DNA of 61,127 nt, counting the filler. It is 8 parts of 8 records of this genome, joined end to end, with 100 filler letters (N's around TTAATTAATTAA, not from the genome) between each part and the next. Parts side by side here need not be neighbours in the genome. Positions count along the whole stretch, not along the records: positions 49,270 to 54,490 come from SRR31156797_30978; positions 54,591 to 61,127 come from SRR31156797_30985; 6 more parts are not named here. The stretch is one strand, 5' to 3'. Shown piece by piece: positions 49,270 through 61,127 of this stretch. Numbering within the stretch: the stretch's first letter is position 1; each line of letters begins with the position of its first letter. The translations under genes and the position numbers were made by a program. The notes under the pieces were generated by a model, which had not been told where the DNA came from, ran no database searches, and saw only the letters and a program-made list of their open reading frames with translations.

Positions 49270-49270
49270 A

Positions 49271-50452
49271 AGCTGTAGTTCTAGTGGAAGTGATAATAAT
49301 CACAAAACAGGAGAATTAGGAGCAACACACAATAGCGGAATCTGTCATACATTTACAGCTGATGGACGGTGTGTATCTTTACTTAAAGTTCTACTTACAA
49401 ACTTTTGTATTTATGATTGTGCTTACTGTATAAACAAAAAAAGCAATGACATAAAAAGAGCTGCTTTTTCACCAAGAGAGTTAGCTGATATTACAATCAA
49501 TTTTTATAAAAGAAACTATATAGAAGGTCTATTTTTAAGTTCTGGAATTATTCAAAGTGAAGATAACACTATGAATATGATATTAAGAACTCTTAAAATA
49601 CTAAGACATGAATATAGATTTAATGGCTATATCCATGTAAAATTAATTCCAGGCTCTGATGAAAGACTTATTGAGCAAGTAGTGGCTTTAGCAAATAGAG
49701 TTAGTTCAAATATAGAACTTCCAAGTGATAACTCCCTAAAACTTCTAGCACCAAATAAAACCAAACAAAAAGTTTTACAGCCCCTAAAACATGCAAGAGA
49801 AAAAAGTCTAGAAAAAGATACAAAACCAATAGGAATGAGTACTCAACTAATAGTTGGAGCAACACCTGAAAGTGACAAAGATATCTTAAAACTTAGTTCT
49901 GTTTTATATGATAAAGCCTTGTTAAAAAGGGTATATTATAGTGCTTATATTCCAGTAAATGATGATAAAAACCTTCCTGCAATTATAAATAAACCTCCAC
50001 TTTTAAGAGAACATAGACTTTATCAAGCTGATTGGCTTTTAAGATTTTATGATTTTTCTTATGATGAAATAGTAAGTGATGAGTTTCCAAACCTTGATGA
50101 AGAAGTAGACCCAAAAACCTCTTGGGCACTTTTAAACTTACAATATTTTCCAATGGAAATAAACAAAGCAAGTAAAGATGAACTTCTTAGAATCCCAGGA
50201 ATTGGAGTAAGAGGTGTATTTAAAATACTTAAGGCTAGACGTTTTAAATCTTTAGATTTTGATGATTTAAAAAAGCTAAAAATATCTCTAAAAAGAGCAA
50301 AATATTTTATAACTTGTAAGGGGAAATATCATAGTAAAACTCCTTTTTATAAAGAAGATATAAAACAAGCAATAATTGCACCACCTAAAAAGAAAATAAT
50401 ACAACCTTCACTATTTGATATAAACTATAGTCATATAACAGGTGAATTATGA
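49271..50452 (+). CDS. Putative DNA modification/repair radical SAM protein (TIGR03916-like; N-terminus truncated)
   Basis: Upstream frame gives SCSSSG, GICHTFTADGRCVSLLK, CIYDCAYC (CxxxCxxC), YIEGLFLSSG; then LREHRLYQADWLLRFY and HhH LLRIPGIG. Confidence 0.92.
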   Translation, partial: SCSSSGSDNNHKTGELGATHNSGICHTFTADGRCVSLLKVLLTNFCIYDCAYCINKKSNDIKRAAFSPRELADITINFYKRNYIEGLFLSSGIIQSEDNTMNMILRTLKILRHEYRFNGYIHVKLIPGSDERLIEQVVALANRVSSNIELPSDNSLKLLAPNKTKQKVLQPLKHAREKSLEKDTKPIGMSTQLIVGATPESDKDILKLSSVLYDKALLKRVYYSAYIPVNDDKNLPAIINKPPLLREHRLYQADWLLRFYDFSYDEIVSDEFPNLDEEVDPKTSWALLNLQYFPMEINKASKDELLRIPGIGVRGVFKILKARRFKSLDFDDLKKLKISLKRAKYFITCKGKYHSKTPFYKEDIKQAIIAPPKKKIIQPSLFDINYSHITGEL

Positions 50453-51177
50453 TTTTAGTTTATGATAAAACATTTGAAGGTTTTTTAACTTTAGTTTATG
50501 ATGTATACTATGAAAAACTACAGCCAAAAAAAATTCTAACTAAATTTCCAAACACCCTACTTTTAGAAGATATATTAGAAATAAAAACAGATGAAGAAAA
50601 AAGCCTAAAAGTTTTAGAAGCTATGAAGAAGAAGTTTCCTAAAAAGTGCCTTGAACTAATACTTAATATTTTCATGTGTGATACAAAAGAGTTTGAACTT
50701 AATCTTTTAAGATACATCATTTTAGGTTTTAAAGATAGTAATGAACTTTTTAATATAAACCAAAAGGAAGTTTTCTTTTTACAGAACCTAGAAAAAGAGC
50801 TATTTAGACATGTTCATAAAATGACAGGATTTGCTAGATTTGAAGAGCTTGAAGATGGAACTTTATATGCAAAAATTGAAACAAAATTCAATATAGTCTA
50901 CTTCTTAGGAAAACACTTTTTTAAAAGATTAAATAATCAAAACTATATTATCCATGATATTAATAGAAAACTTGCATTTATAAAAAATAGTGACTTTTTA
51001 GGAGTTCAAAATGTTGCATCATTTGAAGAGCCAAAACTATCACAAAATGAACAAAAGTTTAAAAAACTTTGGACTACTTTTTTTGAAGCAGTAGCAATAC
51101 AAACAAGAGAAAATAAAAAGTGTCAACAAAACTTTGTACCCCTATTATATAGAACATATATGACAGAGTTTTTATAA
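50449..51177 (+). CDS. TIGR03915-like putative DNA repair protein (DUF4130)
   Basis: YDKTFEGFLT, HKMTGFARF, HFFKRL..IIHD, LWTTFF..RENKKCQQNFVP; ATGA overlap with the radical SAM gene. Confidence 0.88.
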   Translation: MILVYDKTFEGFLTLVYDVYYEKLQPKKILTKFPNTLLLEDILEIKTDEEKSLKVLEAMKKKFPKKCLELILNIFMCDTKEFELNLLRYIILGFKDSNELFNINQKEVFFLQNLEKELFRHVHKMTGFARFEELEDGTLYAKIETKFNIVYFLGKHFFKRLNNQNYIIHDINRKLAFIKNSDFLGVQNVASFEEPKLSQNEQKFKKLWTTFFEAVAIQTRENKKCQQNFVPLLYRTYMTEFL

Positions 51178-51243
51178 ACTTCTATAAAACACCTACTAAA
51201 AAACAATATTTTTTTATATACTAAAATAAAAAGGGAAACTAAA

Positions 51244-51756
51244 ATGAAAAATATTTTTCTTGTTACGCTAGTCTTATTTTTATTTACAGCTTGTTCATAT
51301 AAAGACCCAAATATAAAAAGTGTACAAACTGTTGATTTAGATAGATATATTGGTTCTTGGTATGAAATAGCAAGGTATGAACATAAGTTTGAAAAAGATT
51401 GTAAAAATGTAACTGCAACTTATAGTATTAAAGAGAATGACAAAATAGAAGTAATCAACAGATGTACTAAAATGACTACAGGTGAAAAGACAGAAGCTAT
51501 TGGAGAAGCTTATGCTGTTGATAATACAAACGCTAAATTAAAAGTCTCTTTCTTTTGGCCTTTTTATGGAGATTATTGGATTATAATGCTTGATAAAAAC
51601 TACTCTTATGCAGTAATTAGTGAACCAAGTAAAAAATATCTTTGGATTTTATCAAGGCAAAAAAAATTAGATGAAAAAATAAAAGAGAAGATTTTAAAAA
51701 GATTAGAGTCTTTGGATTATGATTTATCTAAACTTATTTGGACAGTACAAGAGTAA
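51244..51756 (+). CDS. blc: Outer-membrane lipocalin (Blc-like lipoprotein)
   Basis: Lipobox FTAC, RYIGSWYEIAR, LKVSFFWPFYGDYW, YLWILSR. Confidence 0.88.
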   Translation: MKNIFLVTLVLFLFTACSYKDPNIKSVQTVDLDRYIGSWYEIARYEHKFEKDCKNVTATYSIKENDKIEVINRCTKMTTGEKTEAIGEAYAVDNTNAKLKVSFFWPFYGDYWIIMLDKNYSYAVISEPSKKYLWILSRQKKLDEKIKEKILKRLESLDYDLSKLIWTVQE

Positions 51757-51771
51757 AAAAGTTGTATAGAC

Positions 51772-53238
51772 CTATTGGGGTCTATACACTTTAATATTGT
51801 TATAACCTTTTGAATCAATTAGATACTGAGCATGCAATTGACTTAAAATACCTTTATCACAATAGAAAAGATACTGTTTATCTTGAGGAAGTTTTTCAAA
51901 CTGAGCTTTTAGTTTGAAAAATGGTATCTTTATAGTTTCACAAGAAGTTTCAATACAATCATCACTTTGTCTAATATCAATAATTGTATAATCTCCACTT
52001 GAAATATCACTTACAACATCAACTTTACCTATTTCATTAACATCTTCATCAATTTCATTTACATTTATTGTAATTGCGTCTTCAACAGCTTTATCCAAAA
52101 TCTCATAATTGAATTTTTTTGCTTCTTTTTCCATTCTAGAGAAAGAACCATGAACAATAGGGTTTTTAGAAATAACACCACAATATTCTGGCATAGACTC
52201 TGCAAATCTTCTAGTTCCTATTTGATTTGCCATTTCCATAATTTCAGGTTTATTCATAGTTGCTAATGGTCTTAATACAAGTTTATTTGTAACTTGATCA
52301 ATTAATGCAAGATTTCTTAAAGTCTGACTTGAAACCTGAGCAACACTTTCTCCTGTAAGAAGTGCTTCTATTCCCATCTTATCTGCGATTTTTTCTGATG
52401 CCATAAGCATAAGTCTTTTTAGTGTAACACCCATATATGATTGACTAGTTGAGTTAAAGATTTCTGTAACTACATCTTCAAAAGGAACAGATGTAAAAGT
52501 TATTCTATGAGAGCTTCCATATTTATTCCAAAGGTAATATGCAACCTGCTTAACTCCAATTTCATGAGCTATTCCACCAAGATTAAAGAAAACAAAGTGT
52601 GTTTTAATTCCTCTTTTCATAGTTAAATATGAAGCAATAGTAGAGTCAAATCCACCAGACATAAGTGATAAGATATCACCTTGTGTCCCAATAGGGAAAC
52701 CTGATAGACCTTGATACTTTTGTGTAATAATATTTAATTGCTTGTTAATAAGTTCAATATTTATAGTAACTTCGGCATCTCTTAAATCAACACCTTTTGA
52801 ATCAGGATTTTTTGCAAGCATATATCCACCAATATTTCTTTCAATATCAGTTGATTTAAAATCATGCTCCCCTGTTCTTTTTGCTCTTACTACAAAAGTT
52901 TTTCCTTGTACTTCTTTGGCTGTATATTTATTTACAATCTCTTTCATTTCATCAATTGTTGTGATGTTATCAAATTGTAAAGCCTCTAATACAAGCTCGA
53001 TTCCTGAAGTATTTAGTAAGTTTTGTCTAACTTCTACAACTACTTCAATAGGACATACAATCTCTATTTTGTCAAAAAACTTTTTATACTCTATATCATT
53101 GCTAATTCGCCCTAGTATTGTTCGTATGTTGTTGTAAAGCTGGTCAATCATTTGCCTTTTAGCTTTAGTACCTTTTACCATAACTTCTGGAAAGAACTTA
53201 ACAATAAACTTTTGCGTCTTTGCTTTTGATTCGCTCAT
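51772..53238 (-). CDS. thiI: tRNA 4-thiouridine synthase ThiI with THUMP and C-terminal rhodanese-like domain
   Basis: SLMSGGFDS PP-loop, TGESVAQVSSQT, PEYCG, C-terminal YCDKGILSQLHA. Confidence 0.93.
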   Translation of the reverse strand: MSESKAKTQKFIVKFFPEVMVKGTKAKRQMIDQLYNNIRTILGRISNDIEYKKFFDKIEIVCPIEVVVEVRQNLLNTSGIELVLEALQFDNITTIDEMKEIVNKYTAKEVQGKTFVVRAKRTGEHDFKSTDIERNIGGYMLAKNPDSKGVDLRDAEVTINIELINKQLNIITQKYQGLSGFPIGTQGDILSLMSGGFDSTIASYLTMKRGIKTHFVFFNLGGIAHEIGVKQVAYYLWNKYGSSHRITFTSVPFEDVVTEIFNSTSQSYMGVTLKRLMLMASEKIADKMGIEALLTGESVAQVSSQTLRNLALIDQVTNKLVLRPLATMNKPEIMEMANQIGTRRFAESMPEYCGVISKNPIVHGSFSRMEKEAKKFNYEILDKAVEDAITINVNEIDEDVNEIGKVDVVSDISSGDYTIIDIRQSDDCIETSCETIKIPFFKLKAQFEKLPQDKQYLFYCDKGILSQLHAQYLIDSKGYNNIKVYRPQ

Positions 53239-53301
53239 TATTTAAATACCTTATTATTTTATAAAGTCGCGATTATACCATAAAATATTGATATTTCTAA
53301 A

Positions 53302-53742
53302 TTATACAACCATCACTGGACATTTGGCTAATCCTGTAACCTTATGGGAAACACCACCTAGTAAATATCCTGATAATTCCCCTTGTCCTTTAGAACCAAT
53401 TATGATTAAATCAATATCATTCTCTTTTCTAAATTTTAAAATCTCTTTTGCAGCAGAACCCATTTTAACAAAGGCTCTAACCTTTGTTATTCCTTTTTCT
53501 TTTAGTATCTCTTTTCCCTGAGATACTATCTCTTTAGAAGACTCCCTTAACACATCTTCTAAATTTCCTTTATCAATACTACTATTTAGTGAAGCAAATG
53601 AACCTTCTAGAAAACTATACTTTTTAAAAACAGATAATAAGAAGACTTCAGCATCATATGTTTTTGCAATATTAGTTGCAAAATCCAAAGCCTCTAAAGA
53701 CTTATCAGAACCATCTAAGGGAACTAGTATTTTTGTAAACAT
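53302..53742 (-). CDS. Universal stress protein, TeaD-like
   Basis: ILVPLDGS, VFKKYSFLEGS, KVRAFVK, IGSKG..LLGGVS..CPVMVV; directly downstream of a TRAP large permease. Confidence 0.85.
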   Translation of the reverse strand: MFTKILVPLDGSDKSLEALDFATNIAKTYDAEVFLLSVFKKYSFLEGSFASLNSSIDKGNLEDVLRESSKEIVSQGKEILKEKGITKVRAFVKMGSAAKEILKFRKENDIDLIIIGSKGQGELSGYLLGGVSHKVTGLAKCPVMVV

Positions 53743-53762
53743 TTTTTATTCCTTACTTTTTA

Positions 53763-54490
53763 TTATCTAAAAGCTATATCTCTTAAGAACAATGCAATTT
53801 GTGGGAAGAAAATCAATGCCACAGATACACTTAAAAGAATAAAAATAAAAGGTGGTGTTCCTTTAATAACTTCAAGATATGGTCTTTTAAATACTGCAAT
53901 TGCTGTAAAAATATCACACCCAAATGGTGGGGTTGCAGAACCAATTGCAACTTGTAATGTAATAATAGTTCCAACTAATACGGGGTCAAGACCAACTGCA
54001 TTTACAACTGGTGCAAAAATTGGTACTAAAACTAAAATAACAACAATGGGGTCAACAAACATACAACCTACAAAGAAAGCTATTGAAATAACAGCTAAAA
54101 CTCCATATGGCCCCATCTCACTAATTCCAATTGAGCTTAATATCTCTTGTGGCACTTGTGCATAAGATAAAATCCAAGCAAATCCAGCACCAGCTCCTAC
54201 TAATATAAACACAACTGCTGTTACTAAACCTGTTGATTTAGCTGTTGAGTAGAAATCTTTTAGTTTCATAGTTCTAAAAACTATTCCTTCTAGGAAGATT
54301 GCATAAGCAACACTAACAGCAGCAGCTTCTGTTGGACTAAAAATTCCACCAAAAATACCACCTACAATAATAGCAGGGAAACCTAAAGGCCAAAGTGCTT
54401 TGTATAAAGCTGTAAATCGCTCTTTCCACGAAGCCTTTGGTTCAGTTGGAATATTATGTCTATATGCATAGATAATACTATAAATTGAAA
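53763..54490 (-). CDS. TRAP transporter large permease (DctM; TeaC-like), N-terminus truncated
   Basis: Frame extends to contig end: WPLGFPAIIVGGIFGGIFSPTEAAA, GCMFVDP, IGSATPPFG, FPQIALFLRD. Confidence 0.88.
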
Positions 54491-54590
54491 NNNNNNNNNN
54501 NNNNNNNNNNNNNNNNNNNNNNNNNNNNNNNNNNTTAATTAATTAANNNNNNNNNNNNNNNNNNNNNNNNNNNNNNNNNNNNNNNNNNNN
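54491..54590. other. Artificial contig spacer
   Basis: N-run with TTAATTAATTAA. Confidence 0.98.
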
Positions 54591-54676
54591 TTAGGAGGCG
54601 TGCTCGTTTCATCGCAACTGATCAGTGTTAAGAAAAATAAAAAGGTTAATGCCCACATCAAGTTAGTTTTACGCAT
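54591..54676 (-). CDS. Lipoprotein N-terminus (truncated)
   Basis: GGAGGG RBS then MRKTNLMWALTFLFFLTLISCDETSTPP (lipobox LISC). Confidence 0.6.
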
Positions 54677-54775
54677 AAGAAGTTCCCTCCATCGTCTATT
54701 TAAAATAAAAGCAAAACAAAAGTTACTTAAGTTTATAACGGATAAAGAGGGCTTAAAGTTTTTTTATGAAAGGTT

Positions 54776-55489
54776 TTATAGAGGAAGTTCTCCTGTTTTT
54801 AGAAAATTTTCAGCAAGTTCAGCAATTTTTGGAGCAGCGTTTGTTGCAACTTCATGAAAAACTTTTGTGAAAGATCTATCCATAGTTGGTTCAGGATCAC
54901 GGTTGTTAAGAATCGAGAATTTAAAATAGTCTGCAATTCCACCTGCATCAATGACCTGACCAGATGTGCCAATTGCGATGAAAAGTCCGTTCCTGCATTT
55001 TGCGATCAATTTATAAAGTGTATCATAAGCCGGAGCAGGTTCATGAAACATTACAACGTTATGCCTAATGTGGTCACTTTGACAGTTTGGACAGTTTTTC
55101 CCTTTGATCGATCCATATCTGATATCCCAGATGTTTCCACAATCTTCACATCGCAGATCCCTCAAAGTTCCATGAAGATGATGGATATCGCTGCAGCCGG
55201 CTTTTTCAAGCAGATCATCAACATTTTGAGTAAGAACATGGATGTTTTGAGGATATTTCTTTTTGAGTTGAGCAATCATAAAGTGAGCGGCATTCGGGTT
55301 TTTATCCTTAATATCTGACCTTCTCATGTCATAGAAATCAAGAACCTTGTGCCGGTCTTTTGCAAATCCTTGAGCGGAGCAGACTTCCATAATGTCGTAG
55401 TCTTCCCAAAGACCATTTGAGTCACGGAAAGTTCTTATTCCGGATTCAGCTGAAAGTCCGGCACCTGAAAGCATTAAAATAGGGTTCAT
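54776..55489 (-). CDS. cobB: NAD-dependent protein deacylase (sirtuin)
   Basis: GAGLSAESGIRTFRD, PNAAH, TQNVDDL, HLHG, CEDC..CPNC, IGTSG; ATG 55489 after GAGGTG. Confidence 0.9.
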   Translation of the reverse strand: MNPILMLSGAGLSAESGIRTFRDSNGLWEDYDIMEVCSAQGFAKDRHKVLDFYDMRRSDIKDKNPNAAHFMIAQLKKKYPQNIHVLTQNVDDLLEKAGCSDIHHLHGTLRDLRCEDCGNIWDIRYGSIKGKNCPNCQSDHIRHNVVMFHEPAPAYDTLYKLIAKCRNGLFIAIGTSGQVIDAGGIADYFKFSILNNRDPEPTMDRSFTKVFHEVATNAAPKIAELAENFLKTGELPL

Positions 55490-55633
55490 TTTCACCTCGA
55501 AAGCATATTGTCTGGAAAAGTTTCTGCATTTTGTCGGTTTTTGTCAATAGAATGTGGAATGTTTGTTGACTGTTAGTGCGTTTTCTGTTAATTTCGGGAG
55601 TCGAACTTGTAGTTGATTAACTGAAATTTCGTT

Positions 55634-57175
55634 GTGTCTATGTCAGGAAAACCTAACAGACTTCCCGTTGTCCTTCTTTTTGTAGCGGTATTGCTTTTTC
55701 TTCTTGTTGTTTTCTATGAAGACAACAAAGATTCATCAGATAACCGTGATAGTATTCCGGAAACCACTGAAAAATCTGAAAAAACAGAAAAAAAGACGCC
55801 CGAGCCACAAAAGAAAACTGAAAAAACCCCAGAAAAGGTTGAGTCTGCCGACAAAAAAGAAAAATGTGAGAAACCGAAAGAAGATGTTGAAGCTCCGGGT
55901 CCAGAAAGTGCTCCGGCAAAGAAAAATGCTGAAGAGGAAGAATCCACATTTTCAGATAACGAGCAAGTTGATGAAGATGTTGCAAAAGATAATTCTGCCA
56001 CAGATAGTGGTGGATATATTCATGGTCAGGTTTTACCTCATAAAGGATTTGAAGAAGCACTTTTAAAGCTCCCTGGAATTCAGCTTAGTCATGCAATGGA
56101 GATCAGTAATGCGATAAGATTTAAAGTTGATCTTAGATATCTTAAAGCTGGCGAAGATTTTAAAGTGAAGATATCAAAAGACGGCGAAGTGGAAGAATTT
56201 GTCTATTATCCTGATATTATTACTTTCCATATTCTAAAAAGAAACAGCAAAAGCGGAAAGCTTGAGTATGAATCAAAGATCCTTCCGACAGAAAAAAGAT
56301 ATAGAATTGTTGAAGGTCCAATTGAAACAACTTTAAATCAGGCGCTTATTGATAGAGATGACGTGACAGGAACTATCAGAGCGGTGACAAATGGAATTCT
56401 CAGTTGCGTTGTAAGTTTCAGGACAGATGCAAGAAAGAATGATAAATACCGCATACTTATTGAAGATAAATTCTATAACAATGAGAGAGTGCCAGGATCA
56501 AAGATCCTCTATGTCAGCTATGAAGGAAGACGTGCCGGATTTAACGAAGCTTATCGATATGAAGATGCTGATGAAAAATCTGCATTTAATGCTCACTATA
56601 CAAAAGACGGTAAGGCGCTGATCGCAAATGCTTTGAGACTTCCAGTTGACAGAGTTCATGTTACAAGCCCTTTCGGAACAAGAAGACATCCGGTAACAGG
56701 AAGAAGATCTTTTCATAATGGAGTTGATTATGGTGGACCGACTGGATCTCCAGTCTATGCTGTAGCTCAGGGATCGGTTATTGAAGTTACAAGAACAAAA
56801 TTTGGTGGAAAGAAAATAGTATTAAAACACGCTGACGGAACAAAAACATACTACCTGCATCTGCATAAACAACTCGTAAAACAAGGGCAGGGAGTTAAAC
56901 CGCGTCAAAAGATCGCACTTATGGGAAGAACTGGACGAGTAACTGGTCCTCATCTTCACTTCGGAATTAAAAGCCCTAAGGGTAAGTGGTTGAATCCATT
57001 GAAGAAAAGAATGATAGCAACTCCAAAGCTTAAAGGAAAGAGATTTAGTGTTTTTAAAAAGCAGATGAAGAAAACTGCCGCACTTTTGAAAGATACAGAA
57101 AAGCTTGAAAAATGGCTTAGAGACTATGATCTTGGACCGCAAGCTGATGGTTTTTACGGAAAGTACGATATCTGA
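55634..57175 (+). CDS. M23 family (MepM/LytM-like) peptidoglycan endopeptidase
   Basis: N-terminal TM, charged linker, TSPFGTRRHP, HNGVD, YLHL, TGRVTGPHLHF. Confidence 0.9.
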   Translation: MSMSGKPNRLPVVLLFVAVLLFLLVVFYEDNKDSSDNRDSIPETTEKSEKTEKKTPEPQKKTEKTPEKVESADKKEKCEKPKEDVEAPGPESAPAKKNAEEEESTFSDNEQVDEDVAKDNSATDSGGYIHGQVLPHKGFEEALLKLPGIQLSHAMEISNAIRFKVDLRYLKAGEDFKVKISKDGEVEEFVYYPDIITFHILKRNSKSGKLEYESKILPTEKRYRIVEGPIETTLNQALIDRDDVTGTIRAVTNGILSCVVSFRTDARKNDKYRILIEDKFYNNERVPGSKILYVSYEGRRAGFNEAYRYEDADEKSAFNAHYTKDGKALIANALRLPVDRVHVTSPFGTRRHPVTGRRSFHNGVDYGGPTGSPVYAVAQGSVIEVTRTKFGGKKIVLKHADGTKTYYLHLHKQLVKQGQGVKPRQKIALMGRTGRVTGPHLHFGIKSPKGKWLNPLKKRMIATPKLKGKRFSVFKKQMKKTAALLKDTEKLEKWLRDYDLGPQADGFYGKYDI

Positions 57176-58096
57176 TCAGATTTTTTTTTCTATCCACTCG
57201 ACAATTTCATTAAAAAGATCAAATTTAACAGGTTCTTTGTGAACTTCGTGACGGAATCCTTCCCAGAGTTTAAAGGTGATATCCTTAATTCCTGCTTTTT
57301 TATAATTCTCATAGGTGATCGTTGAAGTCTTTCCATTCTTGCCAACCGGATCCATACTGCCTGCAAAAATAAGCATCGGCATATCTTTGGGGATGCGCTC
57401 AATATTTTTTTCCTTTTGCATATTATCAAGAAAATCAATGAGATCTCTGTAAAACCCGAGTGTGTCCATTGAGCCGCAAAGTGGATCTTCAATAAATTCA
57501 TCAGCAACTTTGGGATCAGTGCTCAGCCAGTCGTAATCTGTTCTTCTGGGCTCAAATGCTTTGTTAAAATCATTCATTCCATTTGTAAAAAAATATGGGA
57601 TGATCTTTTTAGCTCCAAGAAAAGGCAGGATCACTTTAAGAAGAGTCTTGTTGATAAATATCTCAAGCTTAGAGTAGTTTCCAGTTCCTGAAAGGATTAA
57701 AGCTTTATAATCATTTGGAAAAAGGGTGATGATGTTTCTGCTGATAAAGGATCCCATTGAATGTCCAAGCAGGATAATTGGAATCTTTGGATGATCTTTT
57801 TTAATAACTTCGGTAAGTCCGTGGACATCGTTCATGATCTTTGGAAAACCGTCTTTATCATAAAAATGTCCCAGATCTTTTTTGATCTCAGCAGTATGAC
57901 CGTGCCCCCTATGATCTTCTCCATAAACAGCAAATCCTTTTTTGTTAAAGAATTCAGCCATTTCTGAGTATCTTCCAATGTGTTCGTTCATTCCGTGAAC
58001 TATCTGGATCACAGCCTTTATTTCACCTTCAGGAATCCATTTTAAAGCGCTGATCTTAAGATGTTCACTTCCATTATATCTAAATCTTTCCATCAC
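57176..58096 (-). CDS. Alpha/beta hydrolase (lysophospholipase/monoglyceride lipase-like)
   Basis: VHGMNEH..RY, DHRGHG, GHSMGS, GSMDPV, RHE. Confidence 0.88.
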   Translation of the reverse strand: MMERFRYNGSEHLKISALKWIPEGEIKAVIQIVHGMNEHIGRYSEMAEFFNKKGFAVYGEDHRGHGHTAEIKKDLGHFYDKDGFPKIMNDVHGLTEVIKKDHPKIPIILLGHSMGSFISRNIITLFPNDYKALILSGTGNYSKLEIFINKTLLKVILPFLGAKKIIPYFFTNGMNDFNKAFEPRRTDYDWLSTDPKVADEFIEDPLCGSMDTLGFYRDLIDFLDNMQKEKNIERIPKDMPMLIFAGSMDPVGKNGKTSTITYENYKKAGIKDITFKLWEGFRHEVHKEPVKFDLFNEIVEWIEKKI

Positions 58097-59592
58097 TTTT
58101 CATCCTCCCACTTTCTTGATCTTTCAACTGCTTTTTTCCATTTTGAATAATATTTTGATCTATCAGCTTCGCTCATTTTTGAACCGAACCTTTTATCAAC
58201 TTTCCAGTTTTTTTCAATAACTTTAAGATCTTGCCATAGTCCTGTATGAAGTCCCGCAAGATAGGCGGCTCCAAGAGCTGTCGTTTCAATTACCTTTGGT
58301 CTGAAAACAGGGGTGTTTAGTATGTCACTTTGAAACTGCATGAGAAAATTGTTTGAGCAGGCTCCGCCATCAACCTTAAGTTCACAAAGATCAAGGCTGC
58401 TCTCACTATGGATCGTCTCAAAAACATCTTTTGTCTGATAGGCGATAGACTCGAGTGCCGCTCTGATTATATGATATTTTCCTGTTCCTCTGGTAAGTCC
58501 CAGGATCGTTCCTCTGGCATACATATCCCAGTAGGGCGTGCCGAGTCCGACAAAAGCTGGAACAATATAAACACCGCCATTATCTTTTATTCTTGTTGCA
58601 AGATACTCGCTATCAGGAGCGTTATCTAGCATTTTCATTTCATCTCTAAGCCACTGAATAACGGCTCCGCCTATAAAAACTGAGCCTTCAAGAGCGTAAG
58701 TGACCTTATCTCCGATCTGCCAGGCGACAGTTGAAAGAAGTCCCTTTTTTGAGCGTATGATCTTTTCTCCAGTATTCATCATCATGAAGCATCCGGTTCC
58801 ATAGGTGTTCTTTGCCTGACCCTTTGAAAAGCATGCCTGTCCAAAAAGAGAAGCCTGCTGATCACCGGCAATTCCAGTGATAGGAATTGAGATGCCATCA
58901 AAGATCGAAGGATCGGACTGCCCGAACATACCACTTGACGGCTTGACCTCCGGCAGCATGCTGTGAGGAATTTCCAGCTCTTTTAATATGTTGTCGTCCC
59001 AGGACATTTTTTCGATGTTAAAGAGCATGGTTCTTGAGGCGTTTGATACATCTGTCGCATGAACTTTGCCTCCTGAAAGCTTGTAAAGTAGCCAGGAATC
59101 AATAGTTCCAAAGATAAGGGCACCCTTTTGGGCCGCTTTTTTTGCTCCGCTTACATTTTCTAAGATCCAGTTGATCTTTGTGCCTGAGAAATATGCGTCT
59201 AAAACTAAACCGGTTGATTTGCGGATCTTTTTTTCAAGACCTTTCTTCTTTAGTTTGTCACAAATTGAAGCAGTTCTTCTACATTGCCAGACGATAGCAT
59301 TATAAACCGGTTCTCCAGTTTTGCGGTTCCAGACAACAGTTGTTTCTCTTTGATTTGCTATCCCGATGCCTGAGATCTCTTCCGCTTTAATTCCGGACTG
59401 TGCAACAACATCTTTAATTGCAGAAAGTTGAGTGTTCCATATTTCGATCGGATCATGCTCGACCCAGCCCGGTTTCGGGTAGATCTGGCGAAATTCTTTT
59501 TGCGAGACTGCAACAATTGCCCCAGCTTTATCAAAAATAATTGCTCTTGAACTTGTTGTTCCGGCATCAATTGCCAGGATGTAATTCTTCAT
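58093..59592 (-). CDS. glpK: Glycerol kinase
   Basis: [52 protein letters not shown] 59592 after GGGAG. Confidence 0.96.
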   Translation of the reverse strand: MKNYILAIDAGTTSSRAIIFDKAGAIVAVSQKEFRQIYPKPGWVEHDPIEIWNTQLSAIKDVVAQSGIKAEEISGIGIANQRETTVVWNRKTGEPVYNAIVWQCRRTASICDKLKKKGLEKKIRKSTGLVLDAYFSGTKINWILENVSGAKKAAQKGALIFGTIDSWLLYKLSGGKVHATDVSNASRTMLFNIEKMSWDDNILKELEIPHSMLPEVKPSSGMFGQSDPSIFDGISIPITGIAGDQQASLFGQACFSKGQAKNTYGTGCFMMMNTGEKIIRSKKGLLSTVAWQIGDKVTYALEGSVFIGGAVIQWLRDEMKMLDNAPDSEYLATRIKDNGGVYIVPAFVGLGTPYWDMYARGTILGLTRGTGKYHIIRAALESIAYQTKDVFETIHSESSLDLCELKVDGGACSNNFLMQFQSDILNTPVFRPKVIETTALGAAYLAGLHTGLWQDLKVIEKNWKVDKRFGSKMSEADRSKYYSKWKKAVERSRKWEDEK

Positions 59593-59714
59593 GAACTCTC
59601 CCAATTAAAATCTGTGCACATATTATCATATTTATAATTAGAATAAATACTTTCTTGAAAAAATCCCTGTTTTTTAATAGAATCGAAAGGTTAATTATTT
59701 ACGAGGGATGTGTA

Positions 59715-61127
<1,413 letters not shown>

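Noticed and set aside
6130-54590. Seven recurring TTAATTAATTAA motifs inside N-runs as a biological repeat
   Set aside because: Identical 100-nt artificial joiners; composition and gene style change across each, and genes are cut at them.
54600-54857. Plus-strand 85-aa ORF
   Set aside because: Overlaps the cobB end and a better-supported minus-strand lipoprotein start.

Overview
This window is not one locus. It is eight unrelated, mostly gene-truncated contigs joined by seven artificial 100-nt spacers (N-runs around TTAATTAATTAA), so gene neighbourhood is meaningful only within a contig. Taxonomic labels below are inferences from gene content and style. (1) 1-6129, Bacteroidota-like: MacA/RND adaptor, aspartate kinase, S9 peptidase, and a DJ-1/PfpI gene broken by an in-frame TAA. 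(2) 6230-17132, GC-rich, deltaproteobacteria-like: bacterial alpha-2-macroglobulin and a XylR/V4R sigma-54 activator divergent from an SDR / beta-keto-acid cleavage enzyme / APC permease / SDR / epimerase operon, with a clear -24/-12 promoter and paired upstream activator sites. (3) 17233-29511, FCB-group-like: TonB receptor / CTD protein / PorV-like barrel / T9SS beta-propeller operon, dipeptide epimerase, GTAG REP elements, tandem sialate-O-acetylesterase-like T9SS protein. (4) 29612-37765, probably Methanosarcinaceae: type I R-M (hsdRMS) and a multi-PAS/GAF sensor. (5) 37866-43904: a tightly coupled contractile-tail/eCIS-like operon. (6) 44005-49169, Bacteroidota-like: stand-alone archaeal-type ThrRS editing domain, two CxxCH haem proteins, T9SS serine protease, iota-type (COG4337-like) carbonic anhydrase, thioredoxin-like protein. 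(7) 49270-54490, AT-rich, Arcobacter-like: radical-SAM/TIGR03915 pair, lipocalin, thiI, teaC/teaD-like TRAP-USP. (8) 54591-61127: cobB, M23 peptidase, lipase-glpK, orphan malG-like permease, and a G-[D/N]-T repeat lipoprotein. The strongest signal is in contig 5: a duplicated tail-assembly-chaperone gene ends in a complete -1 frameshift cassette (SD-like GGAG, G-GGG-GAA, 6-nt spacer, 11-bp stem-loop) leading into a start-less DUF6760-like frame that the ORF track misses, followed by a 1071-aa orphan and a DUF4157 protein. No rRNA, tRNA or CRISPR array was recognised.
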